DNA of 50,957 bases, filler included, from Catajapyx aquilonaris (lineage: Eukaryota): the NCBI GenBank assembly GCA_000934665.2. It is 2 parts of 2 records of this genome, joined end to end, with 100 filler letters (N's around TTAATTAATTAA, not from the genome) between each part and the next. Parts side by side here need not be neighbours in the genome. Positions count along the whole stretch, not along the records: positions 25,448 to 50,957 come from KZ539339.1; 1 more part is not named here. The stretch is one strand, 5' to 3'. A program made the translations under genes and the position numbers. Positions within the stretch are counted from its first letter, which is position 1, and each line of letters starts with the position of its first letter. Shown here in pieces: positions 44,401 to 50,957 of the stretch. The notes beneath the pieces were generated by a model that saw only the letters and a program-made list of their open reading frames with translations, made no database searches and was not told the DNA's origin.

Positions 44401-45819
44401 GCGATGTTACTGTTCGGCGAAGACTTCACTCGTCAAATCGCTCACATGTAAACACGGCTTAATGACCACCAAAAATGACAGGAGCTTTTGACATTTCTGA
44501 TTGCAAAAATTCTGATTATTATTATCGAACCTCGATTGCACATGCATTAGACTGATGCAACTATAGCTGAAGGCGGGTACTTTAATTGAATTCATTTCTT
44601 TCTGAACACTTATAGATCACAAGGTGAAAATGTGCCACCTGAAAATACCTGTCATCTGCTACTAGCTTCTGTTGGCGAACAAGACAGAGGCACTTGGGCC
44701 ATTAAACTAAAGCCGATAAAGGCGGCCGAGTTGGACGAGGTCACCTGGGAGGTTGAGTTGACAATTCATGGTAATATAATATCTTCATGACAATCTGCAG
44801 CCAGTAAAGGGTCGTCCGTAAATTGCGCAGGCATTGACGCTAGTGGGAGCCACCACTCCAGTGTAGTATACATGTTTCGAGGAAGCGAAAGATGAATTTT
44901 TGTACTCGTACGAAGAAAAATATGTAAGCCATCTTGGATAAGTTGGCACCTCCAACAATAGGGGCGCGCGCGGGTAAAACTCGATGAATGACTTTCTCCA
45001 GTGGCGCATGCGCATTCCCACTGGTAGATCCCGGCATGCATGCAGAATGCGAATAAGGCTCGACTGGAGCGAGTAGCCTAGTCAATCAAAGTGTGTTCTC
45101 AAGCTCGCGAGAACGAGAGTTTTGGAGCTAATATTAGCCTTTTTTAAAAGCGTGAGCCAACGTCAACGGACCTAGGGTAGCCCTATACAAGAATTGGCTT
45201 CTCACTATCGCTCGTACTTTCGCTATGACCGATTATCGCGAGCTTGGGAACACACCTTCACGTTTTACCATTGTTGGAGGTACCGACTTACGCAGCGAAT
45301 CACACAGTATAATGAAATGAGTGGAAGTTGTAACCAACTGTACTGTACGTACAGTACATAGGCCTATGCAATAATTGAAAGTGGGGGTAGTGTTGGTGGT
45401 CCATTTATTGAGCACTTGTGCACGCTGTCTGTGTAATATGGACGACCTCTAAAAATATTGTTATACAGTCGTACAGTAGAAAAGTGTTTTTTCTTCTTAT
45501 TTTTTTTCAATATCAAGCAGCTTGTCTGTGAAGCCAGTAACACAGGCCGTCTTAATTTGAATTTTGTTTCAGATGCTGAATTTAAACCTCAGCACCAACT
45601 TCCTGATATCCCAGTGATACCCGATGGCAAAGGTTAGTGCTGTGGACATTAATGTGGATGCTTTTTGAATCATCCCATTTACATTTCTTACTTTGGTGTC
45701 AAATTATTCATCTCTCTCGTACTTTTCCCGTCGTTCAATTTCCCACCAAAATCCAAACAGGCCTGTGACAGTAATTCTTTATTCATTTAACGCAAGTGAT
45801 AATGCCAGGGATGATTGGC

Positions 45820-45874
<55 letters not shown>

Positions 45875-47413
45875 ACACACATTGTTGCCACATTGCTCCT
45901 TCATTATTGTATAATTATTGTGATTTCTTATTGCATTTTATTGGGTCAATAGAGATTATTTTGAGCCATTGTGTGCTAATATTTACAGACAACTTTCAAG
46001 TTCGCCTTGCAGCCGAACCTGCTGTGACCAATCATTCGGACCAAGTTGTGATATTACCTAATGAAACAACGGCTTTCATATATGCCAAAATATCTCAAGC
46101 TCTGGACATATGCTTGTACACCTTACCGTTTGTTGATGAAAAGGATAAAACCACATGGAAAGTTACCAAAGCAGGAAAGAGTACAGGTGCAAAGATGTCT
46201 GTGCAAGGTTCGCTAAGCGAAGGTTGGTGTGGTGCCATACTTCAAGATATAAGCTCAACTTATAATGGAAATTGGACAATTTCACTGATTCCTGAAGACC
46301 CAAATGCTGGTGGAATGGCTACTGCGATTGCTACAGTCTTGATTGCTAGTAAGATATTGAGGAACTTCATATTTTCTGTTCCATAGTGTTTTTGGTATAT
46401 TTTTCTAATGATTCTGCCCTCGATTTACAGAACAACCAGAATCTGAGGCGATATTTCCTGACGCCATATCCTATAACTTTAGTTCAGGGTCTACAGGCAT
46501 GTCTGTGATGTGCACGTCTGTAAACTCACGTCCAGCAGCAAATTTGACTTGGTCCATTGGTAACAAAACGACTATATTTTTTCCTCTCAGCTTTTCTAAA
46601 CTTTCCTAGTTAACATAATTATTATACCAGTACTGTATTGCTTTTTACTGGCGCCACTATACTATTTGCTATTTTCAGATGATCAAGTACTTGCAGCAGA
46701 CGGTCTAAAATCTAATGTTTCGAGTGACTTCGAATATTCCTCAACGTTGAACTATTCGGGGAATTTTCAACCAGAAGATCATGGGAAGAAACTTCGTTGC
46801 AATGCATCTATTCCTGGATATGATGACAAATATACCGAGAGAGATATCACTGTCTATTGTAAGTGCCTTCCTTTGCAATTTTCTCATTTCATCACTACTT
46901 AATGTTGTTTCTTTTTTAAATCAGTCGCCCCTCGCAATGTGACTGTTAACGACGTACCTCAAAAATTTGGACCCTTTCCATTGGGAAAAGAGGCCGTTAT
47001 CTCGGCTTCGGTATTTGCTAATCCAGTACCCGGTAACATAACCTGGCACCTTCCCAGTGGGGAAGGGCAACTTGATGGCATGACTAGTGTAAGTACGTCA
47101 GACCGCAGATTCTACGCTGGTGGCTTTTCTCCAGATCCAAAGAAGGTAGGATCGCGCTTATAACAATGTTTTCCAGTAACTCATAACATTTATATTTTAA
47201 TTCTAGCCGGTGGGATACTTCCTTGCAAAACTGACTGTGAAGACCCTCTATGCTAGTGACTGCAGCGGTACATTCCAGTTAGAAGCAATCAATCCCTATG
47301 GGTCAAAGCTGTACAAGTTGTCCTGCACAGCTGGGGTTTCATCTGTCACAGTTAGTGGATTAGTGATCACCTGCATGGTCAGCTTGACTTACTTCTTTTC
47401 GCAAAGGCAATAA
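38416..47413 (+). CDS. Fasciclin-3-like Ig-superfamily surface protein, 512 aa, 9 exons, four Ig-like domains, GPI-like C-terminus
   Basis: Exons 38416-38485 (signal peptide), 43470-43626, 44616-44770, 45573-45632, 45989-46348, 46431-46559, 46679-46858, 46925-47145 and 47207-47413 total 1539 nt in frame with GT-AG junctions. Fas3-type motifs: GWCGAILQDISSTYNGNW, CTSVNSRPAANLTW, PEDHGKKLRC, ANPVPGNITW, LEAINPYG. Confidence 0.85.
38639..38827. mobile_element. CACTG-terminated MITE with TA flanks (CACTA/EnSpm-like), 189 bp
   Basis: TA|CACTGTAAAC..CATTAAAAGAGCATCAC ... GTGATGCTCTTTTAATG..GTTTACAGTG|TA. Confidence 0.8.
39325..39438. mobile_element. 114-bp palindromic MITE with 3-bp ACT flanks
   Basis: GGTGGAATTTTCGTCCCACTGCTAGTTACTGC / GCAGTAACTAGTAGTGGGACAAAAATTCCACC; same family as 50535-50658. 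Confidence 0.85.
39525..40420. mobile_element. putative TIR element of about 900 bp (TIRs of about 50 bp)
   Basis: CGCAACTTT..TCGAGACA..CTCGCTGATTTCGGTGAATCA at about 39530-39573 is inverted at about 40371-40415. Confidence 0.55.
42101..42221. mobile_element. hAT (Charlie-like) MITE containing a sequence gap
   Basis: TIR CAGCGGTTCTCAACC; perfect 8-bp TSD GTTTATTG. Confidence 0.9.
42479..42742. mobile_element. 264-bp TIR element inserted in a (CA)n tract
   Basis: GGCGCGCATTCCTATCCTTGTGAGG ... CCTCACAAGGATAGAAATACGCGCC; the motif CTATCCTTGTGAGG occurs four times (two per orientation); internal (AACCT)n; CACA flanks. Confidence 0.8.
43470..43626 (+). CDS. Fas3-like exon 2: first V-like Ig domain, N-terminal half
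   Basis: ttatag|TG...GG|gtaaac; encodes VGPCEPPEFVNCTKEVSVKIGDQAELHCQLDHPVEKCTFIRPDGQHVLPGK. Confidence 0.8.
44260..44459. mobile_element. PIF/Harbinger MITE (200 bp)
   Basis: TAA|AGCCCCGTTTACATGTGAGCGATTTGAC ... GTCAAATCGCTCACATGTAAACACGGCT|TAA. Confidence 0.9.
44616..44770 (+). CDS. Fas3-like exon 3: first V-like Ig domain, C-terminal half
   Basis: ttatag|A...G|gtaata; encodes SQGENVPPENTCHLLLASVGEQDRGTWAIKLKPIKAAELDEVTWEVELTIH. Confidence 0.8.
44808..45449. mobile_element. putative PIF/Harbinger-type non-autonomous element (642 bp)
   Basis: TAA|AGGGTCGTCCGTA ... TATGGACGACCTC|TAA. Confidence 0.55.
45573..45632 (+). CDS. Fas3-like exon 4: 60-nt Pro-rich linker
   Basis: tttcag|AT...G|gttagt; encodes DAEFKPQHQLPDIPVIPDGK; symmetric phase 1-1. 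Confidence 0.7.
45822..45870. repeat. (AG)n microsatellite
   Basis: About 24 AG units in intron 4 of the Fas3-like gene. Confidence 0.95.
45989..47413 (+). CDS. Fas3-like exons 5-9: three-Ig Fas3 core and hydrophobic tail
   Basis: Five exons separated by short introns of 61-119 nt; the protein ends ...LSCTAGVSSVTVSGLVITCMVSLTYFFSQRQ*. Confidence 0.88.
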
Positions 47414-48354
47414 AGAATAAGCCACTGGTTAGTTAAAACATTTATACTATTTTATACTACAGATATTTTGTAGCTTTATATGGGACATGTAACTGCTGTA
47501 TTGTACTTGTATTATCCTCAGCGGCGGTCAATGGTCATTTGACCCAGTATTTAAGGACCCAATAAAGGATCTAGACATGATGTGTCAAATGTCCAGTGTT
47601 AATAATAGCATAGGGCGCACGCATGTGTACGGCCTGCTGCTGGTAAATCTAATTTTTCATTAATGTTTACAAGTGACTAGTCTTATGTCCAGTGTAGTTC
47701 CCTGAACATTATGTAATATTTCATGACTGTTATTTCTTCAATTTATCGCTCTCTGGAAATATTGTAAAGAAAAATGTTAGCCATTTTTGATTACTTTTAA
47801 TAAATTTTTTTAGACTGTTATCATTTCTGAGGGACAAATGATTATCCTTTATTTTAAAACGAACATTTGTGAGTGATGTGTAATGGATATTGTAGGCTAC
47901 AACGAAATCTGACTGACCAAGGCTATACCCGGTTCAGCATCATATAAGGTAGATCCTATCATAAGACATTCGGTGGGAGCTACCCGAGCTACCTCATAAG
48001 TTGAATAAAGTGGATAACTATTGGTATGAGAAAGGCATGGATTACACAACAATGGTCCCTAAACTTGTAGAATTGCGCCCCAAAAGTGAGACGCTAGCAT
48101 GTTTCAGATGGTCGCAGCCAGCTGAAGTCCACTTTAAAAAGGTAGGAAGAGAAATATTATGGCATATTGTTTTTTAAACGGCACCAAGCATAACTTCTTA
48201 CTTACTAACTGTATGAGTAGGCAGTGGGGACAACTACTGGCCTGCGCAATGATGGTGACGAGTGAGGGAGGAGACTCATATGCTGATAAATATTATGGGG
48301 AGGGTATAAGATTGTTTTCTCAGTTCTAGAGGGTGGTGGGAAATGTGCGCACTT

Positions 48355-48657
48355 TCTCCGGGACCGATGCGATGTTCCTTGAGACATTATAAAACGAAAT
48401 TACCCTAGTTGTTTTTGGAGATTTCGAATCCACATTACGGAGATAACGGCATGCTAAGGTTACGTAAAAATGGGGTCATCCTACAGGTTATGCCAACCCC
48501 AACCTCCTTGGTAGATGGGTCGGCATGCAGAGGATGATCCTTGTTACGAGCTTGCATAGCCGTAACATGACATTATCTCCGTAATGAAGACGGAATCGCC
48601 AAAATCAACTAGGGTAATTAGCCTTCGAATATCTCAAAGAATATTGGTTCCAGAGGA
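48355..48657. mobile_element. degenerate MITE
   Basis: AATTACCCTAGTTGTTTTTGG..CATTACGGAGATAA mirrors TTATCTCCGTAATG..CCAAAATCAACTAGGGTAATT. Confidence 0.65.
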
Positions 48658-49561
48658 CCTAGCCTACTACCCTGTAGATAGGAAGAATTGGTATAAGCCA
48701 TAAGGTATGGTAATAATTAGACCTAAATGGTGAATTACTATTTTGCCAAATGTACACGGGTGCATCAGTGACTGAATCGCCCACATTAATTATTATCAAA
48801 ATTTTGCCACTGAATAGCTACTCTCTCATATAGATACTTTTGAAGGTAGAACATTAGTCCTATATATCGATAATAATATTACCTTGAAGAGAACATATTT
48901 TCAGCGGGCCATGAATGATTGGAATTCCTACCTGAGACAGAGAAAAAAATAAGGAACCACTGGCGTCCGGGGATAATAAAGTAAGTTTTTTTTAAATAAA
49001 ACTTTATTTTCTAGGCTCACTATACATGCTGCGAAGTCCCAGCATTCGGCACACACATTTTCATGTGCCCAACATTTAGTAGTCTGGCTTGTGAGGCCTG
49101 GTTCTAGGAAAGTATAGGTATACAAGGTGTTAAATACAACAAAAGCAGAAGAGAGTGATGCAAAAGGTGCGCACTTTCTGTTCGACCGCAATGTACTTGC
49201 GATTTTCTGAGACGAATTGACCCCACGACTTTATTTGAGCGATTTTGGTTCCGTTACCAAAATAATCGCATGTCAATTTTCTTGGCGTCACCCATATGCC
49301 TGTTAGAGAATATCATGTCGGTCAGATCACACGTAAACACGGATGGCTGGGGATTGGCAAGTAGATTGACTAGCGCACTTGCAATGGTTGCCTAGGCAGC
49401 ATGATACAAGCGTGATAATAATGGTTACTGATGGGATTGCAAGGTCGCCTCGTTCGAAATAATCTTTATCACGCTCACTCAGTTACAGTTAGTCAGAATT
49501 TTGGCATGTCTTAGAAAGTCGTCACTTATTTGGTGTAGGCCTACTCTAGGGAATATCTACC

Positions 49562-49723
49562 TTGAGAAACGTGCCAGACGAATTTGCTGAAATCGTTGCA
49601 TTTCGCGAAAATTAAATAAGTTTGGGAGCTTTCGGATGTGACGGAGGCGAGCTGCAGATATGTCTCGATTTAATTCTTGAAAAGTAGCACGATTTCAGCA
49701 AATTCGTCTGGTACGGTTTTCAA
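49562..49723. mobile_element. MITE of about 160 bp
   Basis: CGTGCCAGACGAATTTGCTGAAATCGT / ACGATTTCAGCAAATTCGTCTGGTACG. Confidence 0.75.
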
Positions 49724-50084
49724 TGCATATATTACATATTCCGTATATTTTAACGTATAGGCTATTTCATAATTAAACCAGACTAACCGTTGCGTTAACC
49801 GGTAGCACTCGAATTTGGTTTTTTATACGACTCTGTGTGAAAACCATTTTATGGACTTCTAAGCGACGAAAATCGTCTCCAACACATTCATAGCGCAGAC
49901 TGTAGTGTAGACTGTAGAGCATAAACGTGTAGGTTGATATAATACGTACTATAGTACTGTAGCTGTTATTATTGTATTTTGTAAAATATCTTGTCCTTAT
50001 CTTCAGAGTACAGTACATGTATGAGAAAACCTAGGCGATGGCGGTATTAGCTGGTAGCGAAGGGGTTTAAAAAAATAACTGAAG

Positions 50085-50845
50085 TAAGTGCAAAAACATT
50101 TTCTTCAGTGAAAAAAAGGGTGTAAGACCTCCGTGGTGGAATGAAAGTACTGAAACAAGGCAGGCGCACGTAAGACCTGCACCAATATATTGATTTAAGC
50201 TGTACCATAGGTCTTACTCAAGCAATTCTAAAGAGTATTGTGCGGAGTGGCTCGTAAATATGACTCCTGCAAACTACTCCGAGCAGTATAGGGAGGGTTT
50301 TATTTATTATTTTTTAAACTGAACCTATCCTCACAGACTCGCAAATTTTCGCTCCTGAAAATGCAGAATGCAATCGAAAAATACCCTCCAAAATTCACCA
50401 ATTTACGTTTACATGTGAAAATGTTTCGTGGCAATAAATTCGCACCAATCGTATAGAAATTCAATGTGCTTAATATTGAAGTTCCTAATATATTTCAGAA
50501 AACACGTATATGGAGTGGCTCATGGAAAATAAATGTGTGGAATTTTCGTCGTACTACTAGTAACTATAGTCACTGCTAACTTAGCAGTACCATTGCACTA
50601 CACTGGTACTGCTAAGTTAGAAGTAACTAGTACTTGTAGTATGACGAAAATTCCACCCATTGTTTTCAGAAAGGAGACTTCACGCGCAGTAAATTGGAAA
50701 TTGCTTGAGTAAGACCTATGGTACAGCTTAAATCAATTGGTGAAGGTTACGTGCGCCTGCCTTGTTTCAGTCAGGTTTCAGTACTTTCATTCCGCCACGG
50801 AGGTCTTACTACCATTTTTTCACTGAAGGGAATGTTTTTCACTTG
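50085..50845. mobile_element. TIR element of about 760 bp (TIRs of about 145 bp) with a nested small MITE at 50535-50658
   Basis: 50085-50230 (AAGACCTCCGTGG..GAATGAAAGTACTGAAAC..GCTGTACCATAGGTCTTACTCAAGCAATT) is mirrored at about 50698-50845. Confidence 0.85.
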
Positions 50846-50865
50846 TATTATTTATAGTGTAAATA

Positions 50866-50957
50866 CAGTGGCGTAGGCAGGGGGGGGGCCCGGGGGGGCC
50901 GGGCCCCCCCCGAAATGTTGAGAAAAATCAAGGGGCCCCCGAATTTTCCGACGAGTT
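50866..50957. mobile_element. left end of a hAT-like MITE running off the window
   Basis: CAGTGGCGTAGGCAGGGGGGG..GGCCC terminus. A related terminus, CAGTGACGTAGCCAG, lies at about 25313 next to the gap. Confidence 0.55.

Noticed and set aside
45796..45988. N-terminal ERERER part of the 196-aa ORF
   Set aside because: It is an intronic (AG)n microsatellite; the real exon begins at the acceptor at 45989.

Overview
This is eukaryotic DNA, most likely from an arthropod (inferred from the Lachesin, Fasciclin-3-like and Goliath sequences). It is intron-rich and contains assembly gaps. Four spliced protein-coding genes can be rebuilt by hand with GT-AG junctions and consistent phases. (1) A Goliath/RNF130-type PA-TM-RING-H2 E3 ligase on the minus strand, about 1.07-19.6 kb, with a probable upstream exon near 22 kb. 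(2) A complete 6-exon cathepsin L-like protease (339 aa) nested antisense in the 8.7-kb intron of that ligase. (3) The last two exons of Lachesin at about 29 kb; its 5' exons are not visible and an artificial 100-nt scaffold linker lies upstream. (4) A 9-exon, 512-aa Fasciclin-3-like Ig protein with an extra N-terminal V-like domain and a GPI-like tail, at 38.4-47.4 kb. Much of the intronic and intergenic DNA consists of non-autonomous elements: hAT, Tc1/mariner, PIF/Harbinger, Kolobok/T2-like, CACTA-like and P-like MITEs (several nested), two tRNA-derived SINE families and a Helitron-like repeat. The most notable observations are a SINE 3' stem-loop that keeps its structure while its sequence changes and that is followed, in two copies, by different MITEs inserted at almost the same position; a possible 4-nt tandem-acceptor switch between a uORF and an N-terminal extension in goliath; an atypical S2 pocket in the cathepsin; and two adjacent septate-junction-type genes. 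Most entries in the supplied ORF track are not genes. No database search or alignment was run, so family assignments come from recalled motifs.
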